A stretch of DNA of 64,000 nt from a virus (Duplodnaviria > Heunggongvirae > Uroviricota > Caudoviricetes): IMG/VR virus record IMGVR_UViG_3300045988_162656; one strand, 5' to 3'. The position numbers and the translations under genes were made by a program. Of the stretch, positions 38,347-49,133 are shown piece by piece; position 1 is the first letter of the stretch, and each line of letters starts with the position of its first letter. Under the pieces are notes generated by a model, which was given only the letters and a program-made list of their open reading frames with translations, searched no databases and was not told the DNA's origin.

Positions 38347-39335
38347 TACCTTTCGAATGGAAGAACAAACACTTCAAGGTCTTCAAGGAACGAACGGAAA
38401 TTCAGCTCGTAGCACAGTTGCTCGAATGCTTTCACGTCACGATTGCCTTTGATTGTTTCGATTTCGGTAGGCGGAAACTTCGTCTCAATCAGGTTCATTA
38501 GCGTGATGTTTCTCTTGAACGCTTCGAGCATTCGACAGCCTGTTTTCTCGTTGAAGGCATTCTTCGCTAGTTTGTTGAAGGCGGTCTTATGGCGTCCTTT
38601 GTCAACCACGATTGAGCCGTCGTTGATGCCGCGTACCATCGTTGCGACACTTCCCCATTCATGCAGCAGCTCTTTCGCACCGCCAGCACCAATGCCACCA
38701 ACACCGCTAATGTTGTCCGATTTATCGCCTTGTAATGCTTTTGCTTCCAAAAATGCGCGAGGAGTAGCGAATCCTGTCAGCTCCGCAAATTGCTCAAAAT
38801 TAACCTGCTTGTTTTTGGCGTCTTCGCGCAGGCTTACCCAGCTTACGTTTTCGCGAACTAACTGAAGCCAGTCGCTATCGCCTGTTAACAGATAGATGTG
38901 TTCAACAATTGGCTGCGGTGCAATGCTGGCTACCAGCAGCCCGGCCAGATCATCCGCTTCTGCATCTTTTGCAATGAGTTGGGTAACTCCAAGCGCGGTC
39001 ATCATTTTGAGGATGTATGGCTTCTGGATAGCAAAGCCTTCCTTCATCTTTTTCATATCAGGATCGTCGTCGCGATTTGCTTTGTAGTCCGGGTAAAAGT
39101 CGCGACGCTTGTCACTAAATCCATCCCAAAGAATCATAGGTCGGGCATGGAGGATGGAGGCATAACGACGGACGTTCTTAACAAAGCCGAAAGCAGCCTG
39201 TACTTCCATTTCGCCGTTGTGCAATTTGTCAGATTGTTGGTGGTAATAACCCAGGCTATTGCCATCTACGAAGAGATAATTCACCGGTACATTCCTTCCA
39301 AAAAGTAAGGCGTCCGTAGACGCCTTACTGGTCAC
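38340..39335 (-). CDS. 5'-3' exonuclease / flap endonuclease (T4 RNase H / T5 D15-like)
   Basis: N-terminal acidic clusters and helix-hairpin-helix region typical of FEN family. Confidence 0.7.
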   Translation of the reverse strand: MTSKASTDALLFGRNVPVNYLFVDGNSLGYYHQQSDKLHNGEMEVQAAFGFVKNVRRYASILHARPMILWDGFSDKRRDFYPDYKANRDDDPDMKKMKEGFAIQKPYILKMMTALGVTQLIAKDAEADDLAGLLVASIAPQPIVEHIYLLTGDSDWLQLVRENVSWVSLREDAKNKQVNFEQFAELTGFATPRAFLEAKALQGDKSDNISGVGGIGAGGAKELLHEWGSVATMVRGINDGSIVVDKGRHKTAFNKLAKNAFNEKTGCRMLEAFKRNITLMNLIETKFPPTEIETIKGNRDVKAFEQLCYELNFRSFLEDLEVFVLPFERYC

Positions 39336-39344
39336 GTAATGGGA

Positions 39345-40373
39345 TTACAGAGAGTCCAGCTCTCTCAGTAGGTCATCCAGACCTTCATCTTCCGTCGCAG
39401 ATGCGGCTGCTACAGATGTCGCTGCGACTGCTTCAGACTCTTTGACTGATACTGCAACGGCAGCGGAACTTGCTTCTGGTTTAAATTCAGTTTCAACGGC
39501 ACGGAGGATTTCTTCATCAACCAGACTGGTTGGTTCAGAAGCTGGGGTGTGAGCGGTAGCTACAGCAGTCGCACCCTCCGTATGACCAGTGACAGAGCCA
39601 AATCCAGGCAGTGCCGCGGCCGATGTTTTCGCGGTAGAGGAAATTGCTGGTGCCGATGCAGAGGCAGTTGGTGCTGCGATGCCAATCAGACGACCCATAG
39701 TGCGAACTGTCGAGAGAAGACGAGTTTCATCAGCCTGATTTGCGTATGCGATCAGATCATGCTGGGTATTCCAGAATTTATCTTCGATATCGCCTTTGTA
39801 GACTTTACGCTTAGGCGAGACGTCATATTTGGTATCGCGACCAGAGCCAGTACGTTTAATCAGGAATGCGTAGCCTTCCTCTTTGCTCAGTGGATTGCCG
39901 ATATCATCAGCGATGTCTTCGGTGATTGCTTTGCAGATATCATCGAATACAGTAGACGGCAGCTCGATTAACTGGCATTTCTCAGCATCTGCGAAATCCT
40001 CACGAGCAGAAAGAATGCCGTTGACCAGATAGCGAGGAGTGGCACGCATTTGACCGATGCGTTCTTCCATTGCTTTGTTACCCTTGTGACGAGCGCGACC
40101 TTCCATCACCATTTCGCATAGCTGACAAGCGCGACCGTGAGTATGTTGCTCACAAATATAAGCGTTGGTTGCTTCTTTACCTTCCTCGTTCTGATACTTA
40201 ACGTAGTGCATACCGAAAGTCTGGAAGAACTTACCGTTTGGGTCGTCTTTATTCGGGAAGATGCGGATATAGTTGACGCCGTCTTTTAAGCGAGTCAGAT
40301 CAACGTTGTTACCACGTTTGGCGGCAATGTCTTCACGAGTTTTGTTAAGCAAATCAAGTAATGTCTTAGACAT
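39345..40373 (-). CDS. gp32-like single-stranded DNA-binding protein
   Basis: Cys/His cluster CEQHTHGRACQLC, Ala/Ser-rich linker and acidic C-terminal tail. Confidence 0.5.
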   Translation of the reverse strand: MSKTLLDLLNKTREDIAAKRGNNVDLTRLKDGVNYIRIFPNKDDPNGKFFQTFGMHYVKYQNEEGKEATNAYICEQHTHGRACQLCEMVMEGRARHKGNKAMEERIGQMRATPRYLVNGILSAREDFADAEKCQLIELPSTVFDDICKAITEDIADDIGNPLSKEEGYAFLIKRTGSGRDTKYDVSPKRKVYKGDIEDKFWNTQHDLIAYANQADETRLLSTVRTMGRLIGIAAPTASASAPAISSTAKTSAAALPGFGSVTGHTEGATAVATAHTPASEPTSLVDEEILRAVETEFKPEASSAAVAVSVKESEAVAATSVAAASATEDEGLDDLLRELDSL

Positions 40374-40490
40374 GTGTTTCTCCTTGTTGTGATTTGGCCG
40401 ATGGCGCTATGCGCGTTGGGCTTTCGTTCATTCGTGGCTCTTTCGAGCTGTTAAATGATAGATCAGTACTTACTTATTATCTATCAAAAA

Positions 40491-40922
40491 TCAACGGGGA
40501 GTAATAAAGCGTTCAGAGCCTAATCGCTCTAATTCAACGATGGCCATCTTTGACGCCTGAACGATCATGTCTCGGCGATGCGAAAAGGCGGCGACAGCAT
40601 GTTTGTATATGTCTGCGATGTGCCGTGCTTCATCCAACTTCTGCCGTTTAGACAGATACTGTGGGTTTGTTTTAACCTTAGCGTCCAGTACAGACTCGTT
40701 GAACTTAATGCCGTTCATACTCAAGTTCTTACGCTCTGTGTCGTATAGCTTTGCTTCAACAGCTTCAAGGTTAAGTTTTGCCTCTGCGACACTTCTTTCT
40801 GCATGAGCGAGTTTTGAGCCATACTCCATTAAAAGGCGGGGTTGTCTACGCCAGACTTCCTCCAGATTGTCTCGGTCAAACTCGAGATCAGACATTATTT
40901 TCTCGTAAATATCGGTGATCAT
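40491..40922 (-). CDS. hypothetical protein, possibly UvsY-like recombination mediator
   Basis: 143 aa, pattern resemblance to T4 UvsY; sits between SSB and polymerase. Confidence 0.35.
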   Translation of the reverse strand: MITDIYEKIMSDLEFDRDNLEEVWRRQPRLLMEYGSKLAHAERSVAEAKLNLEAVEAKLYDTERKNLSMNGIKFNESVLDAKVKTNPQYLSKRQKLDEARHIADIYKHAVAAFSHRRDMIVQASKMAIVELERLGSERFITPR

Positions 40923-41047
40923 GTGCTTTCCTTTTTACTTATCATTTTATATTGATTATATCATTGTGATGATAAGGCAAGGAGTTCGAGGATAGGGGAT
41001 ATGAGGGGATAAGGGAAAACATGGCCATAGAGGCCATGTTTATGGGA

Positions 41048-44000
41048 TCACGTCTTAATGGTTTCTGCTACGTCGGCTAATATCGCTTCTAGTCGTTCTC
41101 CCTCTTCAGGTCTGAAGTAAAGAATGTTGGGGTTAAACCCGTAAAAGACAGTAACGTCAAGGTCTGGAAGGTACTCCTTCCTGCCGACCAAATCGGATGG
41201 CTTGTTTTTGTTGTTAAACAATGCCGTTGCCCGGCTGCCACACGTCAGCACATAGGTCGGACGCACCAGATTGATCTCTTCACGTATAAAGTCGGTGAAC
41301 TGGCCGATCTCGTCTTTGGTGTAGTCTTTTTCTTTGTCTTTAACCTTCTTGCAAACGCCTGTGACATAGAGATCGCCCATGCGTAAATCTCCAGCCGTCA
41401 ATAGCTTGGCCTTAAAGTCGTCGTATCCGTTCTCCATAAAGTAACCGGTTCGAGCATCATTGCCGTTCGCATTGTCCAGAATGATCATGATTTTCGGCTT
41501 AATGCCAATGCTAGGGCGGATTAGTTCATCACCTAATCCCATTTCAGCCGCCATCCGTGTCATGAGCACGTTAATCTCAGCCGAACGTTTGGGGTTCATC
41601 TCAAACGGACGTGAGGCTTTAACTGCGTCTATGACAAGGTTTCCCATCAATTCAGCCTGGTCGCGGAGACGCTCTGGATCAGTTGCTGGCAGACTACCTG
41701 GCTCGATGGATGCAAACGCACCTACTTTTTGCAGTGATTCGCGCACTCGACTATTACAGGCACGTTTCTCGACAGCTTCTTCGAATTGCGCCAGTGACTC
41801 GAATTTGCCGCCAACTTTTTCTCGCGCTCTCATGATGGCTTGGCAGCCATTCTCAGAACACCCTTTCACAGCAGAGAAGGGCGCATACAGCACCTGGCTG
41901 CCATCTTCAAGCGTGCGGATCTCGATTCGGTTAGATGACACGTTAACGTCTGGTGGCAATACGCGAATACCATAGGTCAGCGCATCTTTAACCAGCCCCT
42001 GGTGTTTATCTTCGCCAAGAATAGTGAGAGCAGCAGCGAAGAACTCCGCGGGATAATGAGTTTTCAACCACATAGATTGATAACTGATTAAGGAGTAAGC
42101 AACAGAGTGTGATTTGTTGAACTGGTAGGCACCATTCTTTTCGAATGCGGTCCAGATCTCCTTCGCTTTCATCTCTGATAGCCCTGGATGTGACGCTGTA
42201 ACGCGTACTGCGTTTATAGGTAGTTTTGCGCCGTACTCAAGTGCCTCTTCGACAGTTTTCAGAGTTCCGTCTTCGCATTTAAAATGTTCCGCACGGTGAA
42301 TGCGCTGTGTAGTGCCATCTTCCAGCTCAACGTCTATCCAGCCAGCTTGAGCCTGAACGATGAACTTCTCGCCCATGCTCTTCATTTTTTCCATGTCTTT
42401 TTTGCCGATCGCTTTACGAACGCCGTCAGCTTCAGCCATTGTGAAGCCAGCAAGCAATCGAGTCGCGTTCATCGTCTGTTCCTGATAGAGAATCACGCCA
42501 TTTGTTTCTGCGGTAAGTTCATCAAGAACGGGGTGTAATGATTCCGGCGTCATAAAGCCTTTGGCTACAGAAACATAGTCATCCAACATGCCTGACTGAA
42601 TTGGCCCCGGCCGGAAGAGCGCAGTCGTAGCAACAACCGTTTTAAAGCTCATTGGCTCAATTCCACCACCTAAATCTTTAAGCAGCTTGCGCATTGGGCC
42701 TGATTCAAGCTGGAAAACACCTTGAGTGTACCCAGCAGCAAAACCATCCAGCACCTTGCGATCTTCAAGAGAAATGGCATCAAGATTGATATCTTCACCT
42801 GTGTTCTCTTTTATGTAGCGTTTTGCACTATCGAGCAAATCGAGAGTTGCCAGACCAAGTACGTCCAGCTTAATTAGGCCCATAGCCTCGCAGTAACGCT
42901 TGTCAAATGCGATACAACGCGCGTCACCACGGCGTTCAACCGGTGTACGTTCTGTCAGAGGAACACCTGCTACGATCATCCCTGCCGCATGTCTACCAAA
43001 GCCACGCATAAGACTTTGTAACTTGCAGGCAGCATTGAATGCATCAGGGTATTTTGTCGCGTATTTGTCGAGACTTGCCAGTTGTTCGCGCAGCTCCTCC
43101 AATGGAAGGCTATCATCCTCGACGTTCTTCAGCTCTTTTGATACCGCCATATCTGCGGACTCCACACCATAAATACGAGCGGTATCACGTAGTGCTGAGG
43201 CTGCGCCCAGGTAGGTGAAGTTCGGAATGCCTGCAACGTAATCTTCGCCGTAGCGTTCATTCAGATACTCGATCACCTCATGGCGACGTGCCTGGCTGAA
43301 GTCCAAGTCCGCATCCGGCAAGTCGAGACGCTCAGGGTTGATGAAACGCTCAAACAGAAGACCGTGACGGATTGGGTCGACGTTGGTTATGCCTATGCAC
43401 CACGCCACCAGAGAACCGGCAGAGGAACCACGACCAGGCCCGACAGGAATGCCAGTTTCACGGCTGTGATTCATCAGATCGCGTACCATCAGGAAGTAAC
43501 CACAAAATCCCAGGCGAGTCAGCGTGTCCATTTCGTACTTTAGCCGCTCAACATAAACCCTGTTCTCAGAAGCAGGTGGTGTGTAGCCAAACTCTTTTGT
43601 GGTAAGACGTTTACGCAGCCCTGCAACAGCCAGTTTCATAAGCGTTGCAGGCTCGTCGTCTGCCATCTTTGGCAGTGCTGGTGGCAATTCATGCCAGCGC
43701 CATGTGCAGGCATCGATAATGGTATCCTGCGTTGTTGAGGCCATTGCAGCTGTTACCGGCACATCCATGCGAACGGAGAAGGTTTTCAGCGCCTCAAGGA
43801 GATGGCGGCGACCATTGACGGCGTTATCTCGCTGGTGGGGGATACGCAGACGATGCGGCTGGTCGATTTTGATGTTGTTCGTAACCATGTGCGCAATGTC
43901 TTTAATGTCTGCATCGTCGATCGATTCGTAATAAGCGGGATAGAACGCCACTGGCTCTATTTTCAATGCGCTGGCGACTTTCATCGCCCGGACGTTAATC

Positions 44001-44566
44001 TGGTCGTAGAATGGGGTAGGGTGCGGATAAACCACACTATAGAAGTTGTCTTTTCCACCCGCTGTAATCAGTGTGCTTATGATTTTTGCAAAATCGTTGC
44101 GTTGGAACACGCTACCGATGTCGGAAGTGAGCAGGATGATGTTGCCTTTGGCATATGTAGAAACCAACTGTTCGAGCGAGAGACGCGGTACAAAGTAGAA
44201 CTGTTCTCGTGTGTTGGCCACCGTCATTAGTTCGCAGATGTCGCGATATCCTTGCTCATTTTTAATTAGAGCGGTAAACGAGTAGTTACGTCCTCGCTCT
44301 AATGATTCCATACATCCCTTAGACTCTTTAGCAATTTTAGCCCGGTACTCGTATGTGGGATCATCAACAATGTTTAGTTTCACACCACAAATAACCGCCA
44401 TGTCGTCACCAGCGGCACGTTGTAGTGGAATAACACTCGCAATATTCATGCTATCTGCCGAAATTACAGCGGTGTAGCCAGCTTCTCTGGCAATCTTCAC
44501 CGCGTTTTCTGCTTTTAGAGCCGACTCCCCAAGAGAGAAGTCAGTTCGAACCATCAGAGCCTTCAT
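41048..44566 (-). CDS. dnaE: DNA polymerase III alpha-type (DnaE-like, PHP domain) replicative polymerase
   Basis: 1172 aa; N-terminal PHP domain, polymerase core motifs, length typical of DnaE. Confidence 0.8.
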   Translation of the reverse strand: MKALMVRTDFSLGESALKAENAVKIAREAGYTAVISADSMNIASVIPLQRAAGDDMAVICGVKLNIVDDPTYEYRAKIAKESKGCMESLERGRNYSFTALIKNEQGYRDICELMTVANTREQFYFVPRLSLEQLVSTYAKGNIILLTSDIGSVFQRNDFAKIISTLITAGGKDNFYSVVYPHPTPFYDQINVRAMKVASALKIEPVAFYPAYYESIDDADIKDIAHMVTNNIKIDQPHRLRIPHQRDNAVNGRRHLLEALKTFSVRMDVPVTAAMASTTQDTIIDACTWRWHELPPALPKMADDEPATLMKLAVAGLRKRLTTKEFGYTPPASENRVYVERLKYEMDTLTRLGFCGYFLMVRDLMNHSRETGIPVGPGRGSSAGSLVAWCIGITNVDPIRHGLLFERFINPERLDLPDADLDFSQARRHEVIEYLNERYGEDYVAGIPNFTYLGAASALRDTARIYGVESADMAVSKELKNVEDDSLPLEELREQLASLDKYATKYPDAFNAACKLQSLMRGFGRHAAGMIVAGVPLTERTPVERRGDARCIAFDKRYCEAMGLIKLDVLGLATLDLLDSAKRYIKENTGEDINLDAISLEDRKVLDGFAAGYTQGVFQLESGPMRKLLKDLGGGIEPMSFKTVVATTALFRPGPIQSGMLDDYVSVAKGFMTPESLHPVLDELTAETNGVILYQEQTMNATRLLAGFTMAEADGVRKAIGKKDMEKMKSMGEKFIVQAQAGWIDVELEDGTTQRIHRAEHFKCEDGTLKTVEEALEYGAKLPINAVRVTASHPGLSEMKAKEIWTAFEKNGAYQFNKSHSVAYSLISYQSMWLKTHYPAEFFAAALTILGEDKHQGLVKDALTYGIRVLPPDVNVSSNRIEIRTLEDGSQVLYAPFSAVKGCSENGCQAIMRAREKVGGKFESLAQFEEAVEKRACNSRVRESLQKVGAFASIEPGSLPATDPERLRDQAELMGNLVIDAVKASRPFEMNPKRSAEINVLMTRMAAEMGLGDELIRPSIGIKPKIMIILDNANGNDARTGYFMENGYDDFKAKLLTAGDLRMGDLYVTGVCKKVKDKEKDYTKDEIGQFTDFIREEINLVRPTYVLTCGSRATALFNNKNKPSDLVGRKEYLPDLDVTVFYGFNPNILYFRPEEGERLEAILADVAETIKT

Positions 44567-44744
44567 GTGTTTTTACCTTTCTGGTTTTTTTGATTTTGTC
44601 ATTGGGGAAGCCTACGAACTTCCCATACATCGAAATCGCAACTTCTTTTGCTGATTGGTGACAATCGGGCTTGTCTGGACACACCAGGCAAGCCTTGCCA
44701 GTTTCAGAAGCAGCGATAAGAGAGCCGAAACATCCTTTACGCAC
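44541..44744 (-). CDS. small Cys-rich protein (possible zinc ribbon)
   Basis: 67 aa with CxxC ... C ... C spacing; between AAA+ gene and dnaE. Confidence 0.3.
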   Translation of the reverse strand: MRKGCFGSLIAASETGKACLVCPDKPDCHQSAKEVAISMYGKFVGFPNDKIKKTRKVKTHEGSDGSN

Positions 44745-44746
44745 GA

Positions 44747-45982
44747 TTAACCAAATATTTTTTGAACAACTTCACGTGCCGCTTGCGCAGAAGCTGAAGG
44801 GAGTTTGTTAATGAAAGAACGCTCAATACCTGTCACAAAGTCGCCTCGCATCATTCCAATCTTGGCCGACAACAAAAGTTCACGAGGGCCAATCGGCTGA
44901 CTGATCAGGTGTTCTTCGTATCCATCGCGAACGATACCGGCAAACTTAACCATCTTTTCAGCGTATTCATCCACGATGCCAGCATTTATCAACATGCTGA
45001 TCTCTGCCTCTTTGCTCATGTATTTCACATTCGAAACGATGCCAAAACGCGAAAAGTTAGCGGCGTTCTGGATGTTTGTACCCTGGTACAAGCCGGTTTC
45101 ATCACCAGATCCGTTCGTGTTGCCAGTGCCAATGAAAGCAAACCGTTCATGCGGAGTAATGCGACGCCATTCTGGAGTCGCCTCTTTGATGACCAACGCT
45201 TCACCTTCCAGCACTGGCTGATACACGCCAAGAATCTGTGGAAACGCAAAGTCGTATTCATCCGCGAGGTAAACCCAGCCATGCTTCATTGCGAGCGCAA
45301 GCAAGCCAGGCTCGAAATACGTAGAGCCATCACGCGCCAGAATTTGTCCCGTAACATGAGCCTCTTCCATTGATGCTGTATGTTGGGCACGGATTAACGG
45401 ACGATTGAGCAAAGCACATAGTTGTGTAGGCAATGAAGATTTGCCTGTTCCTGCATGACCCCACAAATAGCCTGGTATGCCAAGTTCAAGCATCATGAAA
45501 ATGTCTTTGATCAGTTCGAAGTCGCCATATACGTATCCCTTCTTCACTTCTGGAACGAACTCTGGAAACGGCGTATTGACGTTGACGCTAACCATGAGCG
45601 GCGTCCCACGTTTTGTTCCGAGTTCTTCCACCGTTACGTTTAGCAGTTCGTGAGCTGCGACCAGATCTGTCTTGTACTCAACTGTGCCTGTGTAGCCAGG
45701 GCTACTGGTCAAGCCAGAAGATTTGGCCATTTCGCTTTTTTGCTCGGCACGTTTAGCTTGAATTGCATCAAGTGCCTTTTTCGATAGCGTTGGTTCATCT
45801 GGAAACTGCGTTGTGTACATTTTCAGTACGGTGTCAGGATCGGCATCTTTTACTGACTCAGGAATGCCCTCGCAATTACCATTGGCTACATGGGACTTAA
45901 AATAGTGAAATGATTTGCCGCACCACTTGCAAACAAGGTAATCAGAAGGATTTTTTTCATTTTGCAGTGCAGTAGTCGTCAT
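44747..45982 (-). CDS. MoxR/CobS-like AAA+ ATPase
   Basis: Walker A GHAGTGKSS, Walker B VYLADEYDFA; N-terminal Cys cluster. Confidence 0.7.
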   Translation of the reverse strand: MTTTALQNEKNPSDYLVCKWCGKSFHYFKSHVANGNCEGIPESVKDADPDTVLKMYTTQFPDEPTLSKKALDAIQAKRAEQKSEMAKSSGLTSSPGYTGTVEYKTDLVAAHELLNVTVEELGTKRGTPLMVSVNVNTPFPEFVPEVKKGYVYGDFELIKDIFMMLELGIPGYLWGHAGTGKSSLPTQLCALLNRPLIRAQHTASMEEAHVTGQILARDGSTYFEPGLLALAMKHGWVYLADEYDFAFPQILGVYQPVLEGEALVIKEATPEWRRITPHERFAFIGTGNTNGSGDETGLYQGTNIQNAANFSRFGIVSNVKYMSKEAEISMLINAGIVDEYAEKMVKFAGIVRDGYEEHLISQPIGPRELLLSAKIGMMRGDFVTGIERSFINKLPSASAQAAREVVQKIFG

Positions 45983-46077
45983 GCGTTTTTCCTTTGTTCT
46001 CTAATGAGCGTTCAACTTCTTATATAAATATACCATTAACTATCGTAAGTGGTTACTTATCATTAAGGCTGTTTTAT

Positions 46078-48186
46078 TCACTTCAAAATGATACGAGATA
46101 GTTCAGTAACTACAGATGAACCAAGACTATCAACGCTCGTTACCAGGGCATGATTTGAGTAAAATCTCTCCGGTGCGTCAGTCATGATGCCAATTGCCAT
46201 CAAATCAATGTCAGTCTGCGTTTCAATTTGCTTCGCAACCGAACGCAAATGAGCGTCAAAATCTCTCCCAACAGCCCACGGCGCGCCATCGCTCAGAACA
46301 AGCATGATCTTCCTGTCCTCCAAGCGACCGGAAAATAACGATGCAAGGCTGGCTATGCTTTCACCATCCACGTTATTAAGAAGTGGGAATGTGTAGCCTA
46401 CGCACCCCATACGTGAGCGAACTTCGCGAGAATTTACCTTTTCATTCCAATTTTTGATGATAGGTAGCATTAAAGATTCAAAGCGAGAGAACTCATACTT
46501 GACAGCCTTAAGTTCTCCTGCCGCCATATGACTACCAAATGTAGTGAAGCCGGTGATAATGTTGGGAACATTTATTCGATCAAGAGCATCGGCGATGGTA
46601 TATGCACTTGCAAGAGCCAATTGTATCGTTATACCACTCATTGAACCTGATAAATCAATAACTTGTTGAACACAGGCGTTAACGGCTTTAGATTCTTCTT
46701 TTTTACGAAACACGCGATCATCATTCATTGCTAATCTGTAGATACTAGAACCATGAATGCGCCCCCGACGCTGGCCCGGTATAAACTGAACTCTGTTTCT
46801 GCTTGCTATTGCTCGCTCCAGGTCTTTTGCCAGCGTCGACGAAACACCTGACGAAAGATGCTTTTCAATATATTTGTCGAAGAGCTGGTTGCCTTCAGGA
46901 ACGATGCGATAGCGGCTGATTGGATATCCTCCTAAATCAATATCGGAGAATGTTTTAATAAGCCGTTTGATATGGGCTTCTGCCTGATCAATCGAGCCGA
47001 TGAAGTCGTATGAGCGATTGTATGGCCTGTATTCGCTTTTCGAGCTTTCTGTTAACTCGCTTTTAATCGTTTCGGATAGAGCATCTTCTGTCATGCCTCC
47101 GACTTCATCTTCTATGCTATCCAGCTCCTCTAAAGCCTCTTCCAGACTTATTTTTGACGGAGTTGGAATATCTGAAGAGCCGTCTTCTGTCGTTTTTCTT
47201 TTTTCGTGGTCAGCGGTTAATGATTCTGACGCCGCGTTATCAGAAGCATCAGAATCTGATACCTCTTTATCATTTTCTGTATCATCGAATATTGTTTCTG
47301 ATGATTCAGAATTATCTGAATCATCACTGTCGTTAATATCATGTTTGTGCTTACTGTGTGATTCAGATTTGATAGATTTGTGGCTATCTAACGCTTCGGG
47401 TGTCTCATGATCTCCGTTGTCTTCATTGTTTTCTCCAGAGGCATCCGTCTGGTCAGCGTCTGAAGGATCGGGTGTTTTTCCCGGAGCTGACTCCTTACCT
47501 TTGCTTTCACTTTCAGTGTCTTTGAGGATCTTAGCTATGGTCGCAGCCACCTTTACACAATCCTCGGTGCAGGACATGTTACGCACGGCCACATCGATAC
47601 CATGTTCTTTTAATAATGAAATTGGTTTCTCAATGACAGGCCAGTATTCATCCATGAAATCTACGAACGGTGCTTGGCCATCCCAGGCTCTTACAACCGG
47701 ACAGAGAAAGAAGTTTAGAAAAAGCGCGCGCTGATCTTTGCCACAATAAGCAATAGCCTCTGAAGCCTTTGGTTTAAAGACTTTTTCGATTATAAGGCGC
47801 TGAGTTGCCATCAGATTACGTCTCGTTCCGTTAAAGACCTGCCCCATTTTTCGCTCGATGAACACGTCTTCTAATGCATTCCATAGTGACCGGGAAGGAA
47901 CGCGTCCTTTTTCTCTCATTTTGTTGGACACACGAATATCGGTAAACAAAATGTGAGCAACCTCATGATCGAGAAATCCGCGCACAGCATTCATCAATGC
48001 CGGTGTTGCGTTATCCGGAATTGATGGGATGTTTACGAGAATTGGCTCTCCATCATCGTTATAGCGTACATAAGCGTCGTCTCCTCGTTCTGCAACAGGG
48101 ATGTTTTTACCTGAAAGGAGAGCGACTACTCGTTTTACACTGTCACGGAAGTCCTGAACCTCTTTGATGGAACGTTTTTTAGACAT
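46078..48186 (-). CDS. CobT-like protein with C-terminal von Willebrand A domain and acidic Ser/Asp-rich repeat linker
   Basis: MIDAS motif DLSGSMSG; central low-complexity acidic region. Confidence 0.7.
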   Translation of the reverse strand: MSKKRSIKEVQDFRDSVKRVVALLSGKNIPVAERGDDAYVRYNDDGEPILVNIPSIPDNATPALMNAVRGFLDHEVAHILFTDIRVSNKMREKGRVPSRSLWNALEDVFIERKMGQVFNGTRRNLMATQRLIIEKVFKPKASEAIAYCGKDQRALFLNFFLCPVVRAWDGQAPFVDFMDEYWPVIEKPISLLKEHGIDVAVRNMSCTEDCVKVAATIAKILKDTESESKGKESAPGKTPDPSDADQTDASGENNEDNGDHETPEALDSHKSIKSESHSKHKHDINDSDDSDNSESSETIFDDTENDKEVSDSDASDNAASESLTADHEKRKTTEDGSSDIPTPSKISLEEALEELDSIEDEVGGMTEDALSETIKSELTESSKSEYRPYNRSYDFIGSIDQAEAHIKRLIKTFSDIDLGGYPISRYRIVPEGNQLFDKYIEKHLSSGVSSTLAKDLERAIASRNRVQFIPGQRRGRIHGSSIYRLAMNDDRVFRKKEESKAVNACVQQVIDLSGSMSGITIQLALASAYTIADALDRINVPNIITGFTTFGSHMAAGELKAVKYEFSRFESLMLPIIKNWNEKVNSREVRSRMGCVGYTFPLLNNVDGESIASLASLFSGRLEDRKIMLVLSDGAPWAVGRDFDAHLRSVAKQIETQTDIDLMAIGIMTDAPERFYSNHALVTSVDSLGSSVVTELSRIILK

Positions 48187-48286
48187 GGCTAATCCTTTGT
48201 TATGAAAACAAATTATTTACTAGTGTGTTTAATGTAGCACTGCGCGAACAGGGAACTAAGCCATTCGCGCAGGTAGCAGAGAGGGG

Positions 48287-48499
48287 TTAACAGGTTCTGA
48301 CGGCTAAAGAGCCAGAGCCGGTATTGATAAGCGTGAAGCGTTTGTTATTAAGTAGGAATATAAAGGCTGTTGCGTCATGCATACCAACCTGAATCTGCTC
48401 ATTTGGTAATTCGGTGAGAATGTCAGCTACACATTCATCAGCTAATTTTTCAACGTGTCCGATCTCAAGAGTGATTAGGCTGGAAATAGTTGTTTTCAT
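48287..48499 (-). CDS. hypothetical protein
   Basis: 70-aa ORF. Confidence 0.3.
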   Translation of the reverse strand: MKTTISSLITLEIGHVEKLADECVADILTELPNEQIQVGMHDATAFIFLLNNKRFTLINTGSGSLAVRTC

Positions 48500-48746
48500 T
48501 CAATCAATCCATTCTAACTTAAAGTATGGTAGGGAGTACTATTAAATCTTATATCATAATTGAACTTATCTATATCATATCTGAGTTAGTTTTGTTACAT
48601 GTTATTAGTCGTTTTTCTCCATTAATGAATGCTGATTGGTTAATATTTGTGCCTGTAGAAAAAATGATTATATCTTTACAACCCTAACCTTTGATGTAAT
48701 ATCGGTAAGCACTTACCAGAGAGTTTAACGCGCAAAGGTCGCAATA

Positions 48747-49133
48747 ATGTCTGACAAAAACATTGAATTTATAGAAAGTCGCTATGCTGCTTTTATCGCA
48801 GGGCTGATTGAATCCTCACCTATGAGTCAGGCCCAAATAGCCAGACTTATTGGTTATAAAAATGCCAACAACCTTTCTTTAATTAAAAGTGGTAAAATTC
48901 CTTTGCCTATCGATAAGGTTCGTCCGCTGGCGTTGGCGCTGGGTATTGAGCCAAGTCGTCTTATGATGATGGTGCTGGAAGAACGCCAACCTGAACTCGC
49001 AGCATTTTTATACAAAGAAGGCACCGCTCCTCTTAACGAGGACGAAAAACAGGTTCTTGCTGCATATAACGAGCGATTCGGTAAAGAGAAAGGCGCATCA
49101 CAAAAGGTTGTTGAGGCCATAAAGTCTCTATGA
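48747..49133 (+). CDS. XRE-family helix-turn-helix transcriptional regulator
   Basis: HTH segment SQAQIARLIGYKNANNLSLIKSG; convergent with integrase; AT-rich promoter region upstream. Confidence 0.55.
   Translation: MSDKNIEFIESRYAAFIAGLIESSPMSQAQIARLIGYKNANNLSLIKSGKIPLPIDKVRPLALALGIEPSRLMMMVLEERQPELAAFLYKEGTAPLNEDEKQVLAAYNERFGKEKGASQKVVEAIKSL

Noticed and set aside
41460-44230. Plus-strand ORFs inside the DnaE-like gene (41460-41975, 43599-43931, 43802-44230 and others), and similar ones inside nrdA, the CobT-like gene and SbcC
   Set aside because: Contained within long, motif-supported minus-strand genes; no independent signals.
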